64,000 bases of DNA from an uncultured Gemmatimonadales bacterium (GCA_963779755.1 CAVZZO010000003.1:704939-768938); one strand, 5' to 3'; shown: positions 23,649-35,596, counted from the first letter of the stretch. The notes: generated from the letters alone by a model not told the origin. Numbers and translations: made by a program.

Positions 23649-25883
23649 CTACTCCCCGCCCAGATGCTCCTCGATATATCCCGTAATCAGCTGGAAGAGG
23701 TGCACCCGGGTGTTCCCCCCGCTGATGCTGTGGGTGCGGTTGGGGTATTCCATCATCTGGAAGGGTTTGCCCGCCGCGACCAGGCTGTCTACCAGGGTCT
23801 GGGTATTCTGGTAGTGCACGTTGTCGTCGCCCGAGCCGTGGATGACCAGCAGGTCGCCCTTCAGTTGCCGCGCCAGGCCCAGCGGCGAGCCCTCCCGGTA
23901 GCCCTTGAGGTTGGTTTGCGGGAGCCCGTTGTAGCGCTCGGTGTAGACGTCGTCGTAGAAGCGCCAGTAGGTGACCGGCGCCACCGCTACCGCCATGCGG
24001 TAGACGTCGGGATGGCGGAAGATTGCGTTGAGCGTCATGAACCCGCCGTAGCTCCAGCCCCAGATGCCCACCCGGCTGGAATCCACGAAGGACCAGCGGC
24101 TGATGGCCCGCGCGGCCGCGCCCTGATCATGCGATTCGACCACGCCCATGTGGCCGTGGATGATCTTGCGCCAGTCGCGGCCCCTGGCGCCGGTGCCGCG
24201 ATTGTCCACACTGGCAACGAGATAGCCCTTCTGCGTCAGCATCAGGTGCCAGAGATATTGCTGGCCGCCCCAGGAATCCACCACCGTCTGGGAGCCGGGG
24301 CCACCGTAGACCTGGAAGAGGATGGGATACTGCTTCGTGGAATCGAAGTCCGCCGGCTTCATGAGGTAGCCGTTGAGCCGGATGCCGCTGTCGATCGCCA
24401 CCTGGAAAAACTCGGTGCTGCCCCGTTGCAGCCGGTCCAGCCGGGCGCGCAGGGTGTCGTTGGCTACCAGGGTGCGCGCCACACGGTGTTGCGGCAGCCG
24501 CACCAGCGTCAGCACCGGCGGATGTCCGAAGCTGGACCAGGTATGGAAGGCCCAGCGGCCATCCGGCGAGATGTCATAGCCGTTGACGCCCGTCTGGTCC
24601 CGGGGAGTGACCCGTTCCGGCTTGCCCTTCCCATTGAGCCGGACCCGGTAGAGATAGCGCTGCGCCTGATTGTCCGGCGAGGCGAGGTAGTAGAGCCAGC
24701 CGGCCGTGGTATCGACGGCCTCTACCCCGAGGAGGTCTGAGGAGCCGGGAGTCAGGAGCTGCAGGGCTCCACTCTCCCTGGTCCCGAGATAGGCGTGATT
24801 CCACCCGTCGCGCTCGCTGAGCCAGAGGAAGCGTTTGCCACCCTCCAGCCAGACCATGGGATCCACCAGCTCGACCCAGGTGGAATCGCCCTCGGTGAGG
24901 ATCGGCCGGACCGGTCCGCTGGCGGCATCGGCCAGGAAGAGCACCAGGGTATCCTGCAGCCGGTTCAGCTGCTGCACGTACAGCTCGCTGGAGTTCGCGG
25001 CCCAGTCCATCCGGGCGGGATAGTGGTTGCGGGGATCGCCGGGCAGATCGAGCCAGCGGGTCTCGCCCGCCCCGTCGGCATTCACGACCCCGATACGTGC
25101 CGCCGAGTTGCTCTCGCCCGCCTTGGGGTACTGGACGGGGACGATGTAGGAATAGAGTGAATCGGTGTTATCGATCAGGTCGAAATTGCGGACGCTGTCG
25201 GCGTTGAGCTGCCAGAAGGCGATGTGCCGCCCGTCGGGGCTCCAGCGCCAGCCGTCGCGCAGGTCCAGCTCCTCCTCATAGACCCAGTCGAAGGTGCCGT
25301 TGATGATGGTGCGCGAGCCGTCGCGGGTGAGCCGGGTGATGGCGCCGCCGGCCAGATCCTCCACGTACAGATCGTGCGCCCGCACGTAGCCCACCCGGTT
25401 CCCGTCGGGCGAGAACTTGGCGAACATGAGGGTCGAAGGCTCGGCGTCGGGGCCGCCCAGCCGGCGCAATTTCCAGCTGCCGAGGTCCAGCACCCAGTAG
25501 TCGCCCCGGGTGTTCTGCCGCCAGACCCGCTTGGAGTTGGTGTAGACCAGAAGCCGGCTCCGGTCGGGCGACCACTGATAGCCCTGCACCTCCAGCGGGA
25601 CGGAATCGCCGGCGGGAACGAGCCGGGCGGCCGGGACCAGCACCGTTCTGGCGCCCGTGGCGCTCTCGTACCGGACCAGGTCCTTGCCCTTCCCGCTGTC
25701 CGGCTTCTCCAGCGTGGTGTACGCCTTTCCCCCTTCCAGCCAGCGCGCGGGCCCGAACGACTGCGGGTTGAACTCGCTGGAGCCGTAGATGCGGGAGACG
25801 GTGAGGCGACTGGAGTCGGTCTGCTGGGCGAGTGCCGGAGCGGCGAGCAGGCAGAGAAGCGCGACGATGGTGGAGGTGCGCAT
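23649..25883 (-). CDS. Dipeptidyl-peptidase IV family serine peptidase (S9B)
   Basis: 744 aa. Signal peptide, DPPIV N-terminal propeller-type region, and catalytic GIWGWSYGG…GSGDDNVH. Confidence 0.9.
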   Translation of the reverse strand: MRTSTIVALLCLLAAPALAQQTDSSRLTVSRIYGSSEFNPQSFGPARWLEGGKAYTTLEKPDSGKGKDLVRYESATGARTVLVPAARLVPAGDSVPLEVQGYQWSPDRSRLLVYTNSKRVWRQNTRGDYWVLDLGSWKLRRLGGPDAEPSTLMFAKFSPDGNRVGYVRAHDLYVEDLAGGAITRLTRDGSRTIINGTFDWVYEEELDLRDGWRWSPDGRHIAFWQLNADSVRNFDLIDNTDSLYSYIVPVQYPKAGESNSAARIGVVNADGAGETRWLDLPGDPRNHYPARMDWAANSSELYVQQLNRLQDTLVLFLADAASGPVRPILTEGDSTWVELVDPMVWLEGGKRFLWLSERDGWNHAYLGTRESGALQLLTPGSSDLLGVEAVDTTAGWLYYLASPDNQAQRYLYRVRLNGKGKPERVTPRDQTGVNGYDISPDGRWAFHTWSSFGHPPVLTLVRLPQHRVARTLVANDTLRARLDRLQRGSTEFFQVAIDSGIRLNGYLMKPADFDSTKQYPILFQVYGGPGSQTVVDSWGGQQYLWHLMLTQKGYLVASVDNRGTGARGRDWRKIIHGHMGVVESHDQGAAARAISRWSFVDSSRVGIWGWSYGGFMTLNAIFRHPDVYRMAVAVAPVTYWRFYDDVYTERYNGLPQTNLKGYREGSPLGLARQLKGDLLVIHGSGDDNVHYQNTQTLVDSLVAAGKPFQMMEYPNRTHSISGGNTRVHLFQLITGYIEEHLGGE

Positions 25884-25885
25884 GG

Positions 25886-25985
25886 TCAGGAAGGTCGAAG
25901 GTCGAAGGTCGAAGGTCCGAGGTCAGAGGTCTGCGCCGATCCCAGGCCGTGCTCGACTTCGACCCTGGACCTTTGACCTTGAACC
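25886..25985. repeat. Oligomer-built hairpin, (GGTCGAA)n arm
   Basis: GGTCGAAGGTCGAAGGTCGAAGGTCCGAGGTCAGAGGTC … CTCGACTTCGACCCTGGACCTTTGACCTTGAACC, between the uvrA stop and the DPP-IV start. Confidence 0.65.
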
Positions 25986-25990
25986 GTTTC

Positions 25991-28942
<2,952 letters not shown>

Positions 28943-28990
28943 AAGAAGGGAAACGTAGCGGTGGGATGCGATGGGATTCAAGACAGGCGG

Positions 28991-29050
28991 GGCGGCGGCG
29001 CAGGGGCGCAGCGGCGAGGCATGCCGCCCCTGCGCCCCTGCGCCGCCGCC
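28991..29050. repeat. Perfect 21-bp inverted repeat in the uvrA / TPR divergent spacer
   Basis: GGCGGCGGCGCAGGGGCGCAG (28991-29011) with CTGCGCCCCTGCGCCGCCGCC (29030-29050). The loop contains the palindrome GGCATGCC. Confidence 0.9.
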
Positions 29051-29087
29051 CTCCCACCTTCCCACCCCCCCGCCCTATCTTGCACCC

Positions 29088-29888
29088 ATGCGACGTACCC
29101 GACATTCCCGCGCCGGCGGACGCGAGCAGGCGCTGCACGAACTCTTCTCTACCAGTGGTCTCGAGGCCGAGCCGGCCTCCCGCCAGGTGGATTCCCAGTT
29201 TTCGCTCCGGCCCTTCGCCGCCGCCACGGCGGGCGACGGGACCATGGCCCCGGAACCGGTACCCGAAGGCAGTCCCGCCGACCAGCTCTACCAGCGCGCC
29301 CGGGATGCCGCGGCGCGGGGCCGCCGGGCCGACGCCGTCCAGCTCTATCGCGACCTGCTGTCGCTCGATCCCCGGCATCTGGGCGCCCGGAACAACCTGG
29401 CGCTCCTGTACGAGGAATCGGGCGATGCCGACCTTGCACTGGATGAGCTCAATGCGGCGGTACGGTTCCATCCGGACCAGGTCGACCTGCTGGTCAACCG
29501 GGGGGCGATCCAGGGCGCGATGAAGCGTTACAACGAGGCCGAAGCCGATCTCCGCCGGGCGCTGCGGCTGGTGCCGGGGCACCCCGGGGCGCAGTTCAAC
29601 CTGGGGCTGGTCCTCTGGCGGAAGGGCCTGGCCGAGGAAGCGGCGCTGGCGTTTCGGCGGGCGGTGGAGCTCGATGCGGGCAACCCCGCCGCCTGGTACT
29701 ATCTGGGCGATGCGCTCAACCAGACCGGCGAGTTGGCCGATGCGGTGCAGGCGCTGGAACGCGCCAGCCAGCTCGATCCGCGTTCCGCCCGCCCCTACAA
29801 CCTCATGGGCCGGGTACTGGATCGGATGAACCGGCCGGGAGACGCCATCGAGATGTACCGCCGCGCCCGGCAGGCCGACCACCCATGA
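29088..29888 (+). CDS. TPR-repeat protein
   Basis: Several 34-aa TPR units (…ADQLYQRARDAAARGRRADAVQLYRDLLSLDP…, …AWYYLGDALNQTGELADAVQALERASQLDP…). Start taken at ATG 29088. Confidence 0.8.
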   Translation: MRRTRHSRAGGREQALHELFSTSGLEAEPASRQVDSQFSLRPFAAATAGDGTMAPEPVPEGSPADQLYQRARDAAARGRRADAVQLYRDLLSLDPRHLGARNNLALLYEESGDADLALDELNAAVRFHPDQVDLLVNRGAIQGAMKRYNEAEADLRRALRLVPGHPGAQFNLGLVLWRKGLAEEAALAFRRAVELDAGNPAAWYYLGDALNQTGELADAVQALERASQLDPRSARPYNLMGRVLDRMNRPGDAIEMYRRARQADHP

Positions 29889-30388
29889 TCGAGGTGACGG
29901 TGGATGACCTCGCATTCCTGGATGTGGAGGCCATCCTCCGTCCGGCGGGAGACCGGTTGCAGGCGGTCACCCCGGCGATCGCGCGGCTGGACGAACGGGG
30001 CGGCGAGGCGTTCGCGGGGCAGCGCCGGCTGAACACGCCGCTGGAACCGGGCGCGGCCGTGGTCACCGGCGGCGGCGACCTGACCGCCCGGCTGGTGGTA
30101 CACGCCGTGGTCCAGTCCGCCGACCGTAATCCGGACCGCGACACCATCCGGCGCGCGCTGACCTCGGCCTGGCAGCGCTGCGGCGACTGGGGCATCAGCG
30201 CCCTCGCGGTTCCCCTGGTCGGTACCGGCGCCGGCCAGCTGTCGGAAGAAGAGGCGCTGTCGCTCCTGGTCGAGACCTTCCAGAGCCACCGGCAGCGGAG
30301 CGATCACCCCGAGTCGCTCACCATCGTGGTGGAACGGGCGGACGAACGCGCCCGGCTGCTGGCTCTCCTCGAGAGGCTTCCCCTCTGA
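29885..30388 (+). CDS. Macro-domain protein (ADP-ribose binding or hydrolase fold)
   Basis: MIEVTVDDLAFLDVEAILRPA…GAAVVTGGGDLTARLVVHAVV…ALAVPLVGTGAGQL. ATGA overlap with the TPR gene. Confidence 0.75.
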   Translation: MIEVTVDDLAFLDVEAILRPAGDRLQAVTPAIARLDERGGEAFAGQRRLNTPLEPGAAVVTGGGDLTARLVVHAVVQSADRNPDRDTIRRALTSAWQRCGDWGISALAVPLVGTGAGQLSEEEALSLLVETFQSHRQRSDHPESLTIVVERADERARLLALLERLPL

Positions 30389-30420
30389 CCCGTCGCGCGG
30401 TCGCCCTGGTCATCCTGCTG

Positions 30421-31926
30421 GTGTGGGCGGCCACGCTGAGCTGGCTCACCTGGCGCACCTACGGTCCCAACCCGATCGGGTTTGCGGCGACGCGGGGGCC
30501 CCTGCTGTCTCCCGACGCCTTCTTCTACAGCGTGCACGCGGGGCCCCGGCAGGTCGGCATCGCGTCGCTCACGGTCGACACCGTATCCGACGGCTACCGG
30601 CTGGTGGAGCGGATCGGTCTCGATCTGCCCATCCAGCCCACCAGCCCGCGCAGCCAGTATCTGCGGGAATTCACCCTCGATTCTGCCCTGGGCCTGGTTT
30701 CCTTTCGCATCGCGCGCGACCTGACGGGCGGCACCGAGACGTTGACGGGCATCCGGGTGGGCGACTCCCTGCTGGTGGTCACCTCGGAATCCTCACACGG
30801 CCGCTATACCTGGCGCGTCCCGGTGCATAACCCCATGCCCGCCATTGCCGGGCCGATGCGGCTGGCGCGGGAATCCCGGCTGCGCCGGGGCACCCACCTG
30901 CGCTACACCTATTTCGACCCGCTCGCGGTCCGGCTCCGGAGCCGGGATCTGGCGGTGACCGCCGAGTCGTCGTTCGTGGTCTCCGACAGCGCCGTGTACG
31001 ACTCCGCGGCGGCCCGCTGGTTCGCCGTGCACGCCGACACTCTCCGGGCCTGGCGGGTGGACCAGGTGGACGGGGGCGCCAACGCCTTCGTCTGGGTGGA
31101 CGGCCGCGGCCTTCCCTTGCGCGGTGGCGCGCCCGGCGGGCTGACGCTCGATCGTGCCGCCTTCGAGATCGTCAATCTGAACTATCAGCGCCGGCTGCGG
31201 GGCCGCCAGGCGCCGGACCCGCTCTGGATCGTCCCCCGAACCGCGCCGGCCAGCGGCGTTCCGTTCACCGGCTCCGGCCCCGATTCAATGCTCGTCCGGC
31301 TCATCGGCGCGGCTCCGGTGGCGCGCATCGGCCCGGTGATCGCCGGGCCTTTCCAGGAACTGCGGGGCGACACGCTGGCCCTGCATGTCGCACGGCTGGA
31401 CAGCCTGACTCCCGGTTTCACCCTGCCCGCCCGCGATTCGAGCCGGCGCCAGTGGCTGGAGGACGAGCCGCTGCTGGGCCTCGGCAGCCCGGAGGTGGAC
31501 AGCCTCTCCCGCGCCATCCTGGCGGGCGAAACCGATCCGGTGCGTGCCACCGTGCTCCTGACCCGCTGGGTCGCGCGGTCGATTCAGCCGGCGGCCGTGG
31601 CGGGAGTCGTGGCCGCCCCCCGGGTGCTGGCGCAGCGCCGCGGCGGGGTGAACGAGCATACCCTGGCCTTCGTGGCCCTGGCGCGGGCCGCCGGGCTTCC
31701 CGCCCGGGAGGTCAGCGGCGCGCTCTTTGCACGGGGACGGTTCTATCTTCATTCCTGGGCCGAGGTCTATCTGGGGGAATGGGTTCCGGTGGATCCGTCG
31801 GCCGGGCAGGCGCCGGCGGACGCCGGGCATCTGCGATTTGCCACGGCGGAACCGGCCGATCCCCTGGAGCTGTTGACCCTGATCGGCGGCCTGCGTTTCG
31901 AGCCGCTCCACCCGACGAGCCGATGA
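30421..31926 (+). CDS. Transglutaminase-like domain protein lacking the nucleophile Cys
   Basis: The C-terminal core GGVNEHTLAFVALARAAGLPAREVSG…YLHSWAEVYLGEWVPVDPS keeps the His and Asp but has no Cys at the expected position. The N-terminal TM-like segment continues upstream of GTG 30421, so the start is uncertain. Confidence 0.7.
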   Translation: MWAATLSWLTWRTYGPNPIGFAATRGPLLSPDAFFYSVHAGPRQVGIASLTVDTVSDGYRLVERIGLDLPIQPTSPRSQYLREFTLDSALGLVSFRIARDLTGGTETLTGIRVGDSLLVVTSESSHGRYTWRVPVHNPMPAIAGPMRLARESRLRRGTHLRYTYFDPLAVRLRSRDLAVTAESSFVVSDSAVYDSAAARWFAVHADTLRAWRVDQVDGGANAFVWVDGRGLPLRGGAPGGLTLDRAAFEIVNLNYQRRLRGRQAPDPLWIVPRTAPASGVPFTGSGPDSMLVRLIGAAPVARIGPVIAGPFQELRGDTLALHVARLDSLTPGFTLPARDSSRRQWLEDEPLLGLGSPEVDSLSRAILAGETDPVRATVLLTRWVARSIQPAAVAGVVAAPRVLAQRRGGVNEHTLAFVALARAAGLPAREVSGALFARGRFYLHSWAEVYLGEWVPVDPSAGQAPADAGHLRFATAEPADPLELLTLIGGLRFEPLHPTSR

Positions 31927-32681
31927 TTCGCCTGAATCACCTCACCAAGAAATACGGCCGGTTCACCGCGGTGGACGACCTCACCCTGGTCATCCCCGAA
32001 GGGCAGCTCTTCGGCTTCCTCGGCCCCAACGGCGCCGGGAAGACGACGACCATGCGGATGATCGCCGGAATCCTGAAGCCTACCGCCGGCACGGTGGAGA
32101 TCTCGGGCGACGACATCCAGGCGCGGCCGCTCGCGGCCAAGTCCCGCCTGGGCTACATCCCCGACCGGCCCTTCGTGTACGAGAAGCTCACCGGCTCGGA
32201 GTTTCTCCGCTTCGTGGCCGCCATCTTCGGGCAAGACGGGCCGGCGGTGGAGCAGCGGGCGGACGAGCTGCTGGAACTGTTCGAGCTCACCCCGTGGAAG
32301 AACGAGCTGGTGGAATCCTACAGCCACGGCATGCGGCAGAAGCTCATCATCGCGAGCGCCCTGGTACACCGGCCGTCGGTGATCGTAGTGGACGAGCCCA
32401 TGGTGGGCCTCGACCCGCGCAGCGCACGGCTGCTGAAGGACCTGCTGCGCGGTTTCGTGGGCCGGGGCGGCACGGTGCTGATGAGCACCCACACGCTGGA
32501 AGTGGCCGAGAGCATGTGCGACCGGATCGCGATCATCATGAAGGGCAGGATCGTGGTGGAAGGGACGCTGGATGAGCTGCGGGCCCAGACCGCCTCCGAG
32601 GGCCTGGGCCTGGAGGAGCTGTTCCTGAAGGTCACCGGCACCGCCCCTTCCGCCGACCTGGACCCGGTGCTGGATTCCTGA
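31923..32681 (+). CDS. ABC transporter ATP-binding protein
   Basis: MIRLNHLTKKYGRFTAVDDLTLVIPEGQLFGFLGPNGAGKTTT…YSHGMRQKL…VIVVDEP. ATGA overlap with the upstream gene. Confidence 0.93.
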   Translation: MIRLNHLTKKYGRFTAVDDLTLVIPEGQLFGFLGPNGAGKTTTMRMIAGILKPTAGTVEISGDDIQARPLAAKSRLGYIPDRPFVYEKLTGSEFLRFVAAIFGQDGPAVEQRADELLELFELTPWKNELVESYSHGMRQKLIIASALVHRPSVIVVDEPMVGLDPRSARLLKDLLRGFVGRGGTVLMSTHTLEVAESMCDRIAIIMKGRIVVEGTLDELRAQTASEGLGLEELFLKVTGTAPSADLDPVLDS

Positions 32682-34390
32682 TGCCGGCCGACCTCCGCGC
32701 CGGCGCCCCGCCGCAGCCGGCGCTCTGGACCATCATGCTGCCCAAGTGGCGCAGCGCGCTCACCCGCGCCGCCCAGGGCCGCAGCGCCACCCGGCTGGGT
32801 CTCCTGCTCCTGGTCGCCGGCTTCTTCTGGGCCGCCGCCTTCGGCATTCTCTACCGGATTCTCCGCTACTTCCGCGGCGTGGAGGATATCGGCACGCCGG
32901 TGGCAGCCAAGCTGCTGGGGCTGGTGCTGCTTGCCTTTCTCTCCATCCTGCTGCTGTCGAACCTGATCACCTCGCTCTCCACCTTCTTCCTGGCCAAGGA
33001 TCTGGACCTGCTGGTCTCGGCGCCGCTCGACTGGCTCCGGGTCTATCTGGCCAAGCTGGGCGAGACGATCGTCCACAGCTCGTGGATGGTGCTGCTCATG
33101 GCCATCCCGATCTTCAGCGCCTACGGCGTGGTCTACGGCGGCGGCCTGCTGTTTCCCATGGTCGCCGCCGCCGCGTTCATACCCTTCCTCATCCTGCCGG
33201 CGGTGGTGGGAATCGCGCTTACGCTGCTCCTGGTGAACATCTTTCCTGCCCGGCGCACCCGCGACCTGCTGGGGCTCATCGCCATCGGGGCAGCGGGCGG
33301 GCTGGTGCTGTTGCTGCGCGTCGCGCGGCCGGAGCGGCTGGCGCGGCCGGAGGGGTTCCAGAACCTGATCGAGTTCATCGGGGTGCTGCGGACGCCCACC
33401 AATCCGTACCTGCCGAGCGAGTGGACCAGCAACATGGTGATGAACTGGCTGCTGCGGATCTCCGATCCGCTGCCTATCGCCCTGCTCTGGACCACCGCGG
33501 CGGCGTTCGTGGTGCTGGGCGCCTGGTTGCACCGGCGGCTCTATGCCCGCGGCTACAGCAAGGCCCAGGAGGGTGCCGAGCGATTCGTGCGTGGGGCCAC
33601 CCTGCACCGGCTGGGGCAGCGCCTGTTCGCGGGCCTGGGCCCCAGCCGGCGCGAGTTCCTGCTCAAGGACATCAAGCTCTTCTTCCGCGATACCACCCAG
33701 TGGAGCCAGCTCATCCTGCTGGCGGTGCTGGTGATCGTCTATCTCTTCAACATCACCGCCCTGCCGCTCTTTACCGGGGAGCGGGTCCCGTTCTTTCTGG
33801 TGACGCTGATCGCGTTCCTCAACATGGGGCTGGCGGGGTTCGTGCTGGCGGCCATCGCCGGGCGGTTCATCTTTCCGTCGTTTTCGCTGGAGGGAAAGCA
33901 GATGTGGCTTCTGCGCTCGAGCCCGCTCGACCTGCGGGCGCTGCTCTGGAGCAAGTACTGGATCGGCACGGCGCCGCTGCTGGTGCTGGCGATCGCCATC
34001 ACCATCGCCACCAATACCCTGCTGCACGCTTCCGCCTTCATGATGGGCGTCAGCCTGGCGACCATCCTGCTCCTCACCTTCGCCATCAGCGCGCTGGCGC
34101 TCGGGTTCGGGGTGCTCTACCCCCAATTCGAGACGGAGAACGCCGCCCAGATCCCCACCAGCTTCGGGGGCCTGGTGTTCATGATGACGGCCGTCAGCCT
34201 GCTGGGTATCGTGATCATGATCGAGGCGCGGCCGGTCATGGCCTACCTGCGCGCGGTACAGAACGGCCGCCCGGCCAACCTCACGGCCGAGCTGCTCCTG
34301 GCTGGAGGGATTGTCGTGGTCATCTGCGCCCTGGCGACGATCCTGCCGCTGCGCATCGGGCTGCGACGGATGGAGGAGATGGAGTTCTGA
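32681..34390 (+). CDS. Polytopic membrane protein, putative ABC-exporter permease
   Basis: 569 aa with about 10-12 hydrophobic helices. Its start shares one nucleotide with the ATPase stop. Confidence 0.7.
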   Translation: MPADLRAGAPPQPALWTIMLPKWRSALTRAAQGRSATRLGLLLLVAGFFWAAAFGILYRILRYFRGVEDIGTPVAAKLLGLVLLAFLSILLLSNLITSLSTFFLAKDLDLLVSAPLDWLRVYLAKLGETIVHSSWMVLLMAIPIFSAYGVVYGGGLLFPMVAAAAFIPFLILPAVVGIALTLLLVNIFPARRTRDLLGLIAIGAAGGLVLLLRVARPERLARPEGFQNLIEFIGVLRTPTNPYLPSEWTSNMVMNWLLRISDPLPIALLWTTAAAFVVLGAWLHRRLYARGYSKAQEGAERFVRGATLHRLGQRLFAGLGPSRREFLLKDIKLFFRDTTQWSQLILLAVLVIVYLFNITALPLFTGERVPFFLVTLIAFLNMGLAGFVLAAIAGRFIFPSFSLEGKQMWLLRSSPLDLRALLWSKYWIGTAPLLVLAIAITIATNTLLHASAFMMGVSLATILLLTFAISALALGFGVLYPQFETENAAQIPTSFGGLVFMMTAVSLLGIVIMIEARPVMAYLRAVQNGRPANLTAELLLAGGIVVVICALATILPLRIGLRRMEEMEF

Positions 34391-34411
34391 CCCTTCCCCG
34401 CCCCGGCTCCT

Positions 34412-34539
34412 GGAATCAGGAATCAGGCACCGGGGACCGGGGACCGGGCGTACGACAGGGCACTACCTGGTTCCTGGTCCCTGGTCCCAGATTCCTGGTT
34501 CCCGATTCCGATTCCCCATTCCCGTTTCCCAATTCCCCT
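34412..34539. repeat. Composite oligomer-built hairpin (GGAATCA / GGGGACC units) plus a CCCCATTCCCGTTTCCC tail
   Basis: GGAATCAGGAATCAGGCACCGGGGACCGGGGACCGGG (34412-34448) against CCTGGTTCCTGGTCCCTGGTCCCAGATTCCTGGTTCCCGATTCCGATTCC (34466-34515). The tail at 34514-34530 matches 23627-23643 with one mismatch. Confidence 0.7.
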
Positions 34540-34546
34540 GACCACG

Positions 34547-35596
34547 ATGACCTCTCCCCGACTCGTCGACCTCTTCTCCGACACCGTCACCCGCCCTCCC
34601 CGCGAGATGCGCGCCTTCATGGCCGCAGCCGAGGTGGGGGATGAGCAACGCGGACTCGATCCCACCGTCAATCTGCTGCAGGAGATGGTCGCCGACTTGC
34701 TGGGCAAGGAGGCCGCTCTGTTCCTGCCCAGCGGGACCATGTGCAACCAGATCTCCTTCGCCGTGCACTGCCGCGCGGGCGACGAGATCATCATGGATGT
34801 TCTGGCCCACCCGTACAACTTCGAGGCGGGAGGGCCCACGGCCCTGGTGGGCGCCGGCGTCCGGACGGTCGCGGGAGACCGCGGCCGCTACACTGCCGCG
34901 CAGGTCGAGGCCGCCATCCGCCGCGACCATAATCATGATCCGCGTACCCGGGCGATCTCGGTGGAACAGACCACCAATATTCACGGCGGGGCTATCTGGC
35001 CGCTGGCCCAGGTGCGCGAGGTCTGTGCCGCCGCCGAACGGCGGGGGCTGCGGCGGCATCTGGACGGTGCCCGGCTGCTGAATGCGGTGGTGGCCACCGG
35101 CATTCCGGCGCGGGAATGGGCCGCTACCTTCGAGTCGGCCTGGGTGGATCTCAGCAAGGGGCTGGGTGCACCGGTAGGCGCGGTGCTAGCCGGGAGCCGC
35201 GACTTCATCGAGGCGGCCTGGCCCTGGAAGCACCGGCTGGGCGGGGCCATGCGGCAGGCGGGGATCATCGCGGCGGCGGGGGTGTACGCCCTGCGGCACA
35301 ACGTGGAGCGGCTGGCGGACGATCACGCCAACGCGAAGACGCTGGCGAAAGGGCTGGCGGAGATCCCGGGGATACGGCTCGACCCGGCGACCGTCGAGAC
35401 CAATATCGTGGTGTTCGACATTCGCGGGACGGGTCTCCGCGCCGAGGACGCCGCCCGGCGGCTGGAGCAGGCCGGCGTGAGCTTCAGCGTCGTGGGACCC
35501 ACCATGCTCCGGGCGGTGACCCACCTGGATGTGAGCGCAGAGGATGTGCAGTACGCGGTCGAAGCAACCGCACGAGGACTAGGGAGTGAGGCGTGA
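34547..35596 (+). CDS. ltaE: Low-specificity L-threonine aldolase (PLP)
   Basis: MTSPRLVDLFSDTVTRPPREMRAFMAAAEVGDEQRGLDPTVNLLQEMVADLLGKEAALFLPSGTMCNQI… with the PLP-lysine context DLSKGLGAPVG. Confidence 0.88.
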   Translation: MTSPRLVDLFSDTVTRPPREMRAFMAAAEVGDEQRGLDPTVNLLQEMVADLLGKEAALFLPSGTMCNQISFAVHCRAGDEIIMDVLAHPYNFEAGGPTALVGAGVRTVAGDRGRYTAAQVEAAIRRDHNHDPRTRAISVEQTTNIHGGAIWPLAQVREVCAAAERRGLRRHLDGARLLNAVVATGIPAREWAATFESAWVDLSKGLGAPVGAVLAGSRDFIEAAWPWKHRLGGAMRQAGIIAAAGVYALRHNVERLADDHANAKTLAKGLAEIPGIRLDPATVETNIVVFDIRGTGLRAEDAARRLEQAGVSFSVVGPTMLRAVTHLDVSAEDVQYAVEATARGLGSEA

